64,000 nt of DNA from Lama glama (Eukaryota): positions 5,456,001 through 5,520,000 of the forward strand of contig CM052836.1 in assembly GCA_028534125.1 (NCBI GenBank). The letters are read 5' to 3'. The number at the start of each line of letters is the position of its first letter. The stretch's first letter is position 1. The notes beneath the pieces are model-generated. The model made no database searches, was not told where the DNA came from, and saw only the letters and a list, made by a program, of their open reading frames with translations. This document shows, one piece after another, positions 13,355 to 25,740 of the stretch. Position numbers and translations under genes: made by a program.

Positions 13355-13517
13355 CACACGGGCTGCACATTGGGACCAGAGGCAGGCTTTAAAAATACCA
13401 AGTTCTGGGACACCCCCGAAGATTCTGATTCAATTGGTTCTGGGTACAGCTTGGTCACTGTAAGTTTTAAAAGCTCCCAAGGTGGTTCTAATATGCAGGC
13501 AAGGTTGAGGATCACTG
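13355..13517. mobile_element. MER5-like hAT-Charlie DNA transposon remnant
   Basis: ctgcacattgg...gattctgattcaattggttctggg...aaaagctcccaaggtggttctaatatgcaggcaaggttgaggatcactg. Confidence 0.75.
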
Positions 13518-14059
13518 TTAGGTGAGCTTTGGCAGTAAACAAGCAAATGGTATTGTTTCAAAATGCTTAGTTACCCCAGGAGACAACCCAGGCTCGGCCA
13601 CACCATCCTGTATAGATCTGTATTCCCTCTTCCCAAGAATATGTCAGTTTTTCAAGGAGCAGAGGTGGGGACCGAAGCAGGCTGGAGCAGAAGGCAGAGC
13701 ACAGAAGGCCAGGGCACTCAGAGTTCTGAGAAATGAGCCTCCAGGCAGTGAATGAGAAGGAACACTGGCTTACCAGCCAAAACATCCAGGCTTGACTGCT
13801 GGGCTGTTCAGTTACCTGGGATCTCAGGAAATCACCTGCTGACTCCAGGCAGCCATGTCCTTGTGGGTAAGACTGGCTTAATCATTCCTCTACATTGCCT
13901 CCTGGGTGTTGTGAGGGTCAAATGAGATTACGGATGAGATGTTTTGTAAATGGCAAAGCATCATACAGTGTGGGGTTTTGTGCTTTGTGAATAAACAGGA
14001 ACTAACTTTAAGCGTTTCCAGACTATCACCCACTAACTACTCTAGTTTTGAATCTCTTT

Positions 14060-15080
14060 TCAATAGCTCGGGTGTTCTGGGTCTTTCCCACTCTTGCAGA
14101 ATCTCTTGCCGAGCTTTCAGGAGTCACAGAGACCCACGTCCGGCTCCCAGCACCAACTGCCCGGGGTGGGGAACGGCGGTCAGTACTTTCTAAAACTCCT
14201 CTTTTGTTTCTAATGGGCAGCCGATGGTCTCCAAATCCAGATGCATCTAAATAGCAGTTTTCTGTTGACTTGTTTGCCTTCTTAACGTTCAGCGAGCCCT
14301 CAGCCCTGACCTGCCTGTTGGAGGTGAATGAGTCAGAGGCTGGGGCAGCCGCAGTCCCCACCATCCTGCAAAGAACGGCTCTAGGAAGCCGCCTCCGGTG
14401 CCTTGCTTGCTCTCGGCCTGCCTTGCTCTCCTATGAGTCATCATCCCCCCACAACAGCCCTGCAGTCAGGTTGCGGCACATCCTGGCCCAGCCACAGATG
14501 CCTCCTGCTTGGTTTATTCCATTCACAAGCTCTGCTGAGACAGCTCTCACCTGAGCCCAACACGACGTGTAAATCCTATCTGGTTACCACCTGCAGGTTG
14601 TTTAGTGGCCACTCAGCAGCAGTAGAGCGAGGGAGAGAGAAGAAATCTTTCTTTCCCGATGCCCCGTAGTCCTACGTGCTGTTGCATCTGCTTCCTTAAG
14701 AAACCATTTCAGACTCACGGTAAATTCAGAGCACTAGAGGATTAAACCACCTTAAGGGCGAACAGGTCAATTCTTACCCACACAGGCGTCTCCTGCAGAG
14801 CGCACCTGTGAAAACTCCCACATCCTTGGGTGCCATTTTTCGCTTGGACTCTGGATAGATGGGCAGGTCTTGAAAGGAACTCGTGACTCAGGAAAATTGG
14901 GGATTGTGTAGCACTCGTGCACGGAAGGTGCACCCTGGAGGACCCTGTGGATGAACAGGGAAGACAGGGACCCTTAGCCCTGCAGGACTGACAGGGGACT
15001 TCCCAATGCCCTGCATCAATGTGGCCCAGCTATTCTTGCCAATACTCGGGCACTCTGTCTCTTCCTCCTCCCTGGGCTCA
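14060..15080. promoter_or_regulatory. Candidate enhancer (GC-richer block with three AP-1 consensus sites)
   Basis: TGAGTCA 14329-14335, TGAGTCA 14434-14440, TGACTCA 14884-14890; no recognisable repeat. Confidence 0.35.
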
Positions 15081-15084
15081 TCAG

Positions 15085-15217
15085 TAGGTTTCATTTTAGT
15101 GTAATTATCAATATTCAATCATTATCTCCCTCCCTAGACTGTGAGCTCCTAGAAGGTAGAACATATATTTGATTCATATTAGAGTCTTCAAAAGGTCTGT
15201 TGCAGTCATTGGCTCTC

Positions 15218-15261
<44 letters not shown>

Positions 15262-15310
15262 CGTGCGAATGGGTGGATGGTACTTAAATAAATACAACAG
15301 TGAACAATTG
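15085..15310 (+). mobile_element. L2 3' remnant containing an A39 tract
   Basis: ccctagactgtgagctcctagaaggtagaac L2 motif; pure poly(A) 15221-15259. Confidence 0.65.
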
Positions 15311-16565
15311 GGGCCAATCAAGTTGTTTTCTCATACTACCATAAAAGCAATAGCTACTCATAAGAGTTCAGTGTTCCCTGATGAGTAGAGGAATGGGAAG
15401 GGAGAGGATCTGAATGAGTAAATGAGGAAGTTACGGCTGTCTTTAGATGAGCAGTTTCTCTGACTGCTGCTCTGACCACATCACACCATCTCATCAACCA
15501 GCCAGTCCTCTGCCTTTTTACTTATCCTTCCCATGTGATGGATTTTGCTTCACAAGGAGTTTCTCTCATGGGCTTCACTCAGTTCCCCACCAATGTCCAG
15601 TGGGATCCAGTGCAGGCTTCCACCACAATCAAAAATGCCAGCCCCATCCTCAGAGAAGAGACTGTTCTGGGTTATGTTGTGTTTTCTTTGCTGTCTTCTA
15701 TCTTCCCCCTGTTGAGTTGCAGCATGATTAGGTGAGAGCTGACAAAATCGCTCTGAGACACGGCGAGGTTGAGGCTGAATCTGGGAGCAGGTGCTCTGAT
15801 CTCCGCTGTCCTTGCACTGAGGCTGGGGACCCAGTTCCCTGGGGAAGGGGATAAGTTGTGCCTGGACGTAAGTTCTCATCCAGAGTTTTAAACATTGTAG
15901 GATTTCCTAGGTAAGGAGCCCATAATACTACATGCCAAACAGTAGCCTTCTCCTGTTTCCGATCCGCAGTTCCTTTTGCAGAAGAATAGAACTGTGCCGT
16001 TTTATTTGGACATCACTTTACTTGAAAGGTTTGCTTTTTCTGGTGAGTTGCTGAAACAGCAATGTTAAGTCTGAAGGAAACCTGGTACTGTCCTGATTTT
16101 TTTCACTCACATCAGTCCAATCAGGAAGCAGTTTCTGGGTGTCCTTACCCCAAGATGGTCCCAGCATGGACATTTACTTCTATTCACTTGCATCACGACT
16201 TCAGTAGAAATGGGGTCATTAACAGAGCATGGCAGAAAGATGCAATTCCAAGGCCAGAGACTGATTCAGTTCAAAATTAATTAACACTTATTCAGCATTT
16301 GCTAAGCTTCAGGCTGTTTCTAGCCACATATTTTATTTAATCCTTAGACAAGTTCTGTGGTAGATCCTAGTATATCCAGTTGACAGATGAAAACACTGAG
16401 GCTCATATGATATGATATGACACACTTATTTCTCATAAAGTGCAAACAAGACAAAATGATATTTGCCGTAAAATCACAAACATGTACAGTGAAAAAGAAA
16501 CAGGATAATTGTGGTTATTTCTGCCTGACCGAATTGTGAATTCTAGTCGTTTCATCATTTATAAT

Positions 16566-16660
16566 AGCATGCTTAGCATGCATGAGGTTCTGGGTTCAAT
16601 TCCCAGTACCTCCCCTAAAAGTAAATAAACCTAATTACCTCCCACCAAAATAAAATAATT
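16566..16660 (+). mobile_element. 5'-truncated vic-1-like SINE
   Basis: agcatgcttagcatgcatgaggttctgggttcaattcccagtacctcc plus aaataaacctaattacctccc tail; A-box missing. Confidence 0.85.
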
Positions 16661-17457
16661 AAATAACACAATAATCATTTACTTATAGTTTCTGCTCCCA
16701 CTTAAATATCTGCAGTAATATATATTATTTTTTTAAATGAGTAAAGGATATGTATTTTTAAAAGGAAAAAAAAAAAAACTCAGAGGCAACAATTGCCCCT
16801 GGTGCGTTGCTAGTTAGCTGCTGAGCCAGGATCTTAATTTTTCAGATAGAAATCTCTCCCCTCTATTCCCCTAGGTCTCCAGACATGAGGCTGTGCTGAG
16901 CACAGACACGGGAACACATCCAACTTGGACACGGCCTGCCCTGACACCGCTGTTCTTTGAGCTCTGGGATCCTGAAGCAGATGCAAACAAACAAGCAAAC
17001 AAAACAAAAAGGATAGGGGAGTAAGAAATGAGCAGGAGAACAGAGCATGTCTGGGCAGGACCCAGTGGGAGCGGGGTTTGGACTCACAGGAAATGGACTA
17101 GAGCCATCACCGTGGTCTCAGAGAGCTTCTGAGACTGTCACCTGCCTTGTGCTTCCCTTTTCTTTCCTTAAGCTCTCACCACCAGATTCCCTGTCATCAT
17201 GGCAGAATTTCAAATCTAAATGCTCTTCCCTTTCACCCAGGGTCACTGAGTCATGATGTTGGTATGCGCCATTCCGAGCACAAACTCGCTTCCAAAGTAC
17301 ACTCTGGATGAATTCTGAGCTCAGAAACGAGGGTTGAGCTGAAGAGCATTTGAGAGGCGCTAACGTCATGTCGGTGGCTGCTAGTCTGTTATGGCTGGAC
17401 AGGGCTGACTTTGACAGAGTGTCTGGTGTTCTAAAACTCCACGCTAGACTACATTAC

Positions 17458-17557
17458 CTGATCTTGTCAGCCTTCCAAAATAAGCATTTTTGTCAGATGA
17501 AGCCATAGAGACCTCGAGAGTCTCAGGGACATTCTTGACTTCATTCAGATCATTCCT
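17458..17557 (-). other. Candidate 100-bp exon (open frame RNDLNEVKNVPETLEVSMASSDKNAYFGRLTRS)
   Basis: Minus strand ttttggacag|AGG...TCAG|gtaatg; no homology recognised. Confidence 0.15.
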
Positions 17558-18039
17558 CTGTCCAAAATGATCCAAGAGGGCTTCAAAGGAGACATTTAAA
17601 CAACGTTGGTAGTCAAATCGAAATTTAAAAATCACAGCCACACAAAAAATAGAAGGAAGTAGATAATCCAACCTGGCAAGCTGAGGTACTGGCTTCGAGA
17701 TACAAATATTATCCTGATCTTCTCTTCAGTCGGGACAGAAAGGTAACTATGGGCAATCAGCTCATTCTTATTACTGGAGGGCAGTGGCAGGTGGGGATAA
17801 ATGCCACTTTCTTGGAGAAGCAGAGTTCTGTCACCCTTGGTAGTAAAGCTTAAATGCAGTTCTTTAGCAGAGACATTAAAATTGGCAATGACCTTGACAA
17901 CAGATTTCACAGCAGATTTTACAGCAAATACACCAAAATGAATTTCATACGGCTTTTTTTTTTTAAGCTACAAATGACTTTTAAGCCACAAATTATTTTA
18001 AAGTTACAGGGACTTCTATTTTTCTTCCAGGGGCTACAT

Positions 18040-18195
18040 CATTAAGGTCTCACAAAAACTCTATGAAGTAGTACTTATCATCCCATTTTGCAGATTAAGA
18101 AATGGAGGCTCAAGGAGGTTATGTAGCTCTCCCAACATCACACAGTCAGTAATTGACAGAGCCGGGCTTGAGCTCAGCTTTGACATCTTAAGTCC
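18040..18195 (-). mobile_element. MIR SINE remnant
   Basis: tcccattttgcagattaagaaatggaggctcaaggaggttatgtagctctcccaacatcacacag. Confidence 0.75.
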
Positions 18196-18437
18196 TGAGG
18201 ATAAGATGCTACAAGGCAATCACATGATTTGGCAAATTTTCCAAAATGTGGTCTTCCAGTGGTCTGACCTGAGCCAACAATAAAACTTTTAGATCCCAGA
18301 AGTGAACAGACAGTATACCACAGTTTTTTTTTAAGAGTTACTTCTCTTCGCTAGACTTTTGATAAAATCTAAATAGCCAAGCCTTAGAGATCATACTCTC
18401 GGAAAAGCCTCTGGTTGAGGATGCCCTGAAAAATTGA

Positions 18438-18944
18438 CAGGTAGACCTCACTTCCTTATACTCCGCTTTATTGCACTTCACAGATACTGCAATTTTTTTT
18501 TTTTTAACAAATTGAAGGCTGTGGCAACCCTGCACGAAGCAAGTCTATTCGTGCCATTTTCCCAACAGCATTGGCTCCCTTCTTGTCTCTGGATCACATT
18601 TTGGTATTTCTCTCAAGATTTCAAACTTTTTTTGTTATTACTATTCTACTTGTTGTGGTGATTTGTGACCAGTGAGCCCTGTTGTGACTACTGCAAAAAT
18701 AATATGACTCACGGAAGGCTCAGATGATGGTTAGCATTTTCAGCAATAAACCCTTAAAATTAAAGTATGTATGTTGTTTTTTTAGACATAATGCGGTTGC
18801 ACACTTAACAGATTACAGTATAGCGTAAACACAACTTTTATACGCCCTGGGAAGCCAGAAAATTCATATGACTCACTTTATTGCAAAATTCACTTTATTG
18901 CAGCGGTCTGGAACTGAATCTGCAGTATCTCTGAGGTCTGCTTG
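18438..18944 (+). mobile_element. Internally deleted Tigger1 derivative (TcMar-Tigger), both termini present
   Basis: 5' caggtagacctc...ccgctttattgcacttcacagatactgc; 3' gcagtatctctgaggtctgcttg followed by TA; 507 bp. Confidence 0.9.
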
Positions 18945-19599
18945 TACCTAAGGTCGTAGAGTTGGGTTGTGGACCAGCCAGGTTAAAACCCGGCACCTTG
19001 ACTATTTATCGCAAGTCACAGATCCTTCCCTGGAATCAAATCAGTCTCTCCCCATCTATCGTCATAGTTCTGGAGGTTGAGGGATGTGTCCTAGATATTC
19101 ACATAGAAGTTTAATCTGATATAAAGTAGTCCTCATGTGCCTGGGGCTTCCCAGGGTGCTGAGATGATTAAATCCAGAGAGAAGCAGCAGCCAACAGGAG
19201 AGGATTATGTAACCAATCCTGGATCAGGTGTTGTGCTGCAAGTGAACTGAGGACACTCTCCTCACGAGAAAACCAGAAGGGAAGCTTTGCCGGGAGATAA
19301 ATTTCCATAGCCTCAGTATTCTCTGTTTTCTTTTCCCCACAGTGGTTTACACCCCTTAACACCTGCGTTGCAGTCTCAGCGGCATTCCTGAAGCACTAAA
19401 AAATGCTTAATGAGCTCAGCCACGACTCATTCCAATAGCTCCCAGAGTAAACGGTTCGCTGGAAAATGTTTCACAAAGGTAATACTTTCCGAAAAATGAA
19501 GAAGATTAGAACATAGTCCACTGAATCACACTTAGTTACCATAGGCAAAAATGTGTATAATGCCAATAGGTACAATTTCATGTAGCAAAGTAGCTTATC

Positions 19600-19840
19600 A
19601 TAGGGATTAAAAGCACACACTTTCGAGCTGGATAACTCTTATGCAGATGCCTACCCTGCCAGTGACTGGATTTGTGAAGGTGGGAGGTAATTCTTCCTGG
19701 ACTTCAGTTTTCTCATTTATGCAGTGTAGATAATAGAACTACATTGTTGACTTTTTCCAAGTATTCAGTTTATTATTACATATAAAGCCATTAGTAAGCA
19801 TGTGACATGAAGTAAGTGTATAATAAAGGTTAAGTATAAT
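19600..19840 (+). mobile_element. MIR SINE remnant
   Basis: cttcagttttctcatttatgcagtgtagataata core-like sequence. Confidence 0.55.
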
Positions 19841-19968
19841 GATTATAATGTGTAAGAAACTGAGGAAAGAGCTGAAAGAGTCCAAGATTTATATAAGAGT
19901 TAATTCTCATTCTCAAGGAATGAATTTAAACAAAATTCAAATGAAAAAGTAATTAGTTTTCATGAGGG

Positions 19969-20455
19969 TGTATCAGCTAGTTTTTGCTGTGTAACAAATC
20001 ATCCCCCAAATGTAGTGACTTAAAAACAGTAACCTCCTTTTAGCACAGATTTGCAGTTCTGCTTGGCTGGGCTGGGACTGACAGATTTCAGCTAGACTTG
20101 CCCATGGTTTATAGACAGCTGGTAGGTTACCTTTGGCTAGCTAGCTTACTATTGTCTCTTCTTGAATAGTCAGGTCTATTGAGTCCTTTCTCCCCGTGGT
20201 TTCTAATCTTCCAGCAGGCAAGGCCAGGCTTGCTTTCACATAGCAGTTGGAACATTTCATAAGCAGGAAAAAGGACAAACCTCAAGACACAAGCAACTTT
20301 CAAGTCACTAGTTATATCAAGTTTCTCTTGTCCTACTGGCCAAAGCAAGTCACATGGCTGAGCCTATAGCTCATGTGGGATAAACACCCCCCACCAAGAG
20401 TCTGGACAGAAGGAGGTGTTAACAAATCAAACATTACTGCAATCAGCACACTACA
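19969..20455 (-). mobile_element. MLT1-family (MaLR) LTR
   Basis: tgtatcagctagtttttgctgtgtaacaaatcatcccccaaatgtagtgacttaaaaaca and ctggccaaagcaagtcacatggctgagcc. Confidence 0.8.
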
Positions 20456-21619
20456 GTGAGGAGCAGACAATATTTCATGGAGGAAGTTGCACTGAGCTCT
20501 CGTTAGGAATTAGCAAAACTTCAACAAACAAAAATAAAGAGGGTGGTACTCTTTGTACAAAAAGTATATGAACTGGGGTAAGAATGTATAATGGGATGTT
20601 GACTGAAAAATTTCAAAGGGAAGGAGGAGAGATGTGAGTTCTAATGGTCACCTCTAGCTCCAAGCTCCTCTTTCTGTCAAGTAATTTCTACTTATGGAGT
20701 GTCTCCCATCTACTCACTCCATCCCTGTTGTACCGTGCATCACGTGAGAAGTAGCACCCAGCCCCCTCTGTGATTTACAGAAACACACAAAGAAAAGCCC
20801 TGCACACCAAACATAGAATAGACTTTAATGAAGAATTATGAAGCAGAGGTGAGGGGTCTACCTTGCAGAAATGCAGATGACTTCCAAATGAAAATTAAAC
20901 ACCCTTCTATTAATATCCTTTAGCTCTTTCACCATTGGACAAAGTTCCCTTACAGAGTCATCCCATGCTGCACCGCAGTATCAGGCTCCTCATTTCCTCT
21001 CCCTTCCTACTCTTCTCTCACCCCAAATACATCTCAATGTGGCCTTTTCCATCTCTAATTCCAAATGTAGCTCTGTCCTTACATTTTCTTGGATTAAAAA
21101 CCATCAGAATTCTCAACATAAAGGATCTATAGTTTAACAGGGTTCATTCTTCTGAGAGAGCAGTTGTGTGTTTTTACTCGTGTTCTTAGATATAGTTTTT
21201 TTATTATTTTATGAGCAATGTTCTCTTTTTACCAAAGGAAAATTGGTAGTGGCACCACCACCACCAACAACAAAAAAGCATCATAACTGGATTTAACGTC
21301 CTGATAAATTCAAAACCATATAAAAGTCATTTCCTGAAACATCTCCCAAAAGGTCTTCCTCTCTGATCTAAGTAAATTATAAAAAAAAAAAGTACTGCTC
21401 CTAAATGCTCCTGGAAAAGCCTAGAATAACAGAATGAGAGGTTGGTGACACCTTTCATGTTATCTGCTCAGAACTGGACTACTGTGGGTAACAGCCTAAA
21501 AAGATGACCTCTGGGGACTCAGAGGACCCACAAATACACACATTCATGCTTACAAAATTTCTAGGAAAATCTCGATGTTGAGAGTATAAAAATTGGAGTT
21601 TATCCCCATGATATTTTTC

Positions 21620-22412
21620 CAGCTTTTCTGAGATATACCTAGTATACCAAAAGTTGCACATAATTAATGTATATAATTTGATGAATTTGGACGTAGTATA
21701 CACGCCTATTAACATCACCACATTCCAAGTAATAAACATATATATCCACCACCTCCAAATATTTCCTTGTTGTCTTTGTTTGTTTGTTTTATATGGGTTT
21801 TGTGTGTGTGTGTGTGTGTGTGCGATAAGAACACAACATGACATCTACCTGCTTAATGAATTTTTAAGAACACAACACTTTATTGTAAACTATAGTCACT
21901 ACGTATGGAAAACGGTATGGAGGTTCCTCAAAAAATTAAAAATAGGATGGCCGTATGATCCAGCAATCCCACCTCTGGGTAAAGATCCAAAAGAATTGAA
22001 ATCAGGAATCTCCAAGAGGTATCTGCACTCCTGTGTTCCCTGTAGAATTATTCACAATAGCCAAGACATGAAAACAAGCCAAATGCCTATCAACAGACAA
22101 GTGGATGAAGAAAATGTGGTACATACAGACAATGAAATATTATTCAGCCTCAGAAGAGAAGCAAATGCTGCCATCTGTGACAACATGGATGGACATGGAA
22201 GATCTAAGGCTAAGTGAAACACGTCAGTCACAGAAGGACAAACACTGCGTGATTCCTCTTAATGGGGTATCTAAAATAATCAAAGATATAGGAGTAGACA
22301 ATAGAGTAGTGGTTACAAGGAGAAGGGAAGAATGGGGAGTTGCTGTTCAATGGATATAAAATCACAGTTACCCGAGATGAGTACATTTGAGAAATCTGCT
22401 CCACAGCACAGT
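21620..22412 (-). mobile_element. L1 (L1MA-like) 3' insertion with twin-priming inversion
   Basis: 21620-~21901 is the antisense L1 3' terminus; ~21902-22412 is the sense ORF2 C-terminus/3'UTR (WKTVWRFLKKLKIGWPYDPAIP); TSD cccatgatatttttc (21605-21619) / cccatgacatctttc (22413-22427). Confidence 0.88.
21801..21822. repeat. (TG)11 microsatellite within L1
   Basis: Directly visible. Confidence 0.95.
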
Positions 22413-24749
22413 CCCATGACATCTTTCATGATCAAATCTTCAACACTGGCTTGGACATATTAATTGGCTTCTAGAAGGACAATCCAACATTCAATTATTT
22501 CCAAATACTTTGTTGCAGTATCAGGCAGGTAATAGCCATATTTCTCAAACAAGCTTGAAATAAAACTGCAACTCATTGGGGTGCCCGGAAGGTCCTACCT
22601 ACCATCTTTATTAGGTGATCTTTTGTTCGCCTTAGTTGTGTTTTTTAAATCTTAACATATTGAAATTTAACTCCTCATAACTTCAGCTGATCAGGTAGAA
22701 TTTACTAGGCATTGAAGCATGCACTCGTCTTTTCTAAATTTTTATTTTTTTCAAAAAACTCTGAGACAGTCAGCAATCAATAAAAGTAGAATCAATTATC
22801 TTTTTATCTCCTAGCATGTTCAGGAAATGAGTCAGCAGGCACAGAAGTGAAAGGCTCTTCTGTTTTATTCTGAGTCACCTATGCAAGCAGTAGAATGTCT
22901 CAGAAGGTTTGGGGATCTCAGCTGCCAGACTCTCATTTTACATGAAGCAGATAAATATATTCATGACAATTAATATTTGTGTAATATCTTAACCTTTACC
23001 AGGCATTTTCACATGCATTGCCATGTTTAAATCATCACAGAATACAGAGACAGGTATCTCTGTCTTAAATAATTCAAGGTACAAAAAGATGAAATGGCTT
23101 TGTAAAAGACACACAGAGACCGCAGGCAGGCTCCTGGTTCCACGCCTAAATCTCTTCCCCATATTACTGTTTCATGGCAGAATCCATAAAGTTGCTATTG
23201 AATTCTGTCTCCTCCTAGTGAAATACGTTCCAAAATGGTTATCATAAACGCCATCTCCTTGCAAACTTTATCTTCCTTGATGGTTTTTAGTTCTTAGTCA
23301 TACCATTTGGGGTAATCATATATGGCCAGATATAATTAATTCCCTCAGCAAATTAAGAAGAATTTGATTTTATAAATGCTGTTAGGCACTTTAGAATCAT
23401 AAACTTTAAGCAGTTATAACTAAGATGAATTAATTCTCTGCAGTATCACTTGTCACAAATGCATGAAACCGGTTCTCAATTACTCACTCAGATCATCACG
23501 GTTAATTTTTTAAATCCAAAGTTGTTTCTTGCTTTCCCTGAACACACTTCAGATTACATCGCCTTAATCACGGAATACAAATGAATATGAATATTGAGTT
23601 GAAAGAAAATATAATTAAAATAAAAGACATAATTTATATGTCATATATACAAATACACTTTGTTACTTTCTTCCAACCAATCAAAGGTTGATGGATAGAA
23701 ATAAATAAGTTATTAAAATAATATGTACAAACATACATATATACATAAAAAATATACATGGTGAATACACATACGTATACATACATACATGGAAGTGAGT
23801 TAATAATGTATCATTCAGTGTTGAAATCTCTCTTCCTGAGGGTTGTTTTGTCTGAATTTCATCTAAATCTGTCTCCTTCCTCTCTGCTTTTTGTTGGAAT
23901 CTCTTAAAGCCTCCATTTCCCAATTTCTACACCCAAAGGCTCAAAGTCCCAGAACAGCCCTGTTGCAATTTGGAGTTTATTTCTCTCAGAGGTTACTTGA
24001 AGTTCATGCTATTCTCTGTCTTCTGCTAATGAAATGCTGGAATCATGAGTCATGTATGGTTTTATTCTGCTTCTTGTGGAATTTCATGTTTCGGAGGCAT
24101 TATGCATAAGAGATTTGGATTTACTTAGCTGCAAAGTTGCAGATTTTATGACAGTTAATGGATGAAGGATATTTCAAAAGCTTCTCTCAGGGCTTTGATA
24201 CTGTTAGTACAAATGCATTTTGAACATAAGAAAGCCATCTATTGCCTCTGATCACCAAAGATGTCAGTGGTGAATAAAATTCAGAAGCATTTTGAAAAAT
24301 GGAGGAGATAAACTATTATTGCAGTCAGACAATGAGAACTAGTAACTACAATGTGCTACTGGCTAAAAACCAAATACCCCACTGGAAGACAAGGCCTTCT
24401 AATTAATTATGTTTGTCATTTAACACCTACTTCCTACAAGCTAGCTTTTATCTGCAGCTGCTATAATCAATAGCGCTGTGTTGCTGGCAAAAACTACTCT
24501 TTTACAGCTAGTAAAACAGCAACATAAAGCTTTAAAATCTCTCAGGGCCTATGTCTGAATGTCTCGCTACCTATGCTGAGCTCTCTGGATTTGCAAACAC
24601 AGGTTATGTTCTCTCTGATCACTTTACAGAAACTTTCTCCTTTCCAGGAAGAAGGTTTCATTATTTTATCTCTAGAGACGGTCAGTGTGCCAAGTTTCTT
24701 TAACTAAGCGGACACATCGTATAAAAAATTTAAGGGAATATTGGGCAAG

Positions 24750-25190
24750 TTGGTTTCTGTAATTTTTTCAACTGTAGTTTTTCAAAGCAATGTGTTAATG
24801 TCCAATTGACACAAAAGGTTACGCCATGAAAAGCAGGTCTCCATCCAAATTTAAACCCTTGGTTCCTCAGTTCTCTACTCAAAAACAACTCCTTTCACTC
24901 TTACTTGTTCTTTCAGACAAAGTGCCTTACACTACAATGACATATGCACGCACTGTCCTTTATAATGCACAAATAGGAGCAAATTATACTACCAAATTTT
25001 CATTTTTAAAAATTTAACTATGAACTTTGTGATCTTTCCTTATTATCTTATCAATAAACAAATCCATCTCATATTTTTTCACAGCTGCATGGTATTACTC
25101 TGTATGAATAATACATGATTTATTTAAACATGCCTATTAATGGATTTATGTAATTAAAGTTTTCATTTTAATTCCTATTGTTATGCACAT
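24750..25190 (-). mobile_element. Ancient L1ME-like 3' remnant
   Basis: ctcatattttttcacagctgcatggtattactctgtatgaataatacatgatttatttaaaca motif. Confidence 0.5.
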
Positions 25191-25299
25191 TTATTTAGCA
25201 CATTTATTTGCCAAACCCAGCATCCGTCGTCCATCCACAGGTGCTGATCCCAAGAACACTCCTTAACAAACAAACTACATCCTAATTCTGGGAAAACCA

Positions 25300-25740
25300 A
25301 CCGTAGTCAGAGAGGAAATGGAAAGAGGTCTAGGGCTGAGCCTTAATAATTCCAAAATGTTGGCCACTTAAGGGAAGAAGAACCATAAAGAAGACAGGGA
25401 CAACATGACCAGGTAGAAGTAGGCAAGAGTGAATGCCACAGATGCATCACCACAGATGCGAAGAAGTTAAAGAATCCATTAAAACGTGAACTGAAAAATA
25501 ATATTTATCTAGATTAGAGATGTTGGTGAGAATTTTTTTGTAACAGAGTGGAAAGCCAAACTGCAGTGGACTGAGGAGGGAATGGAATGTGCAGAAAAGG
25601 AGACGGTGAAGGTAGGCAATCCCCCTGAGAAGTTTATCTTGCAGTAGAAGGCGAGAAATAAGGCTGGCGGTGGGTGGCAGAGGGCTGGAAGATCGTTTCA
25701 GTTCTTCAGAGGAGAGAGATTTATGTTTGTTCATTCATTC
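25300..25740 (-). mobile_element. L2 remnant
   Basis: agagtggaaagccaaactgcagtggactgaggagggaatggaatgtg and similar L2 body motifs. Confidence 0.55.

Noticed and set aside
21654-22217. 187-aa ORF
   Set aside because: Chimeric read-through across an inverted L1 junction, not a host gene
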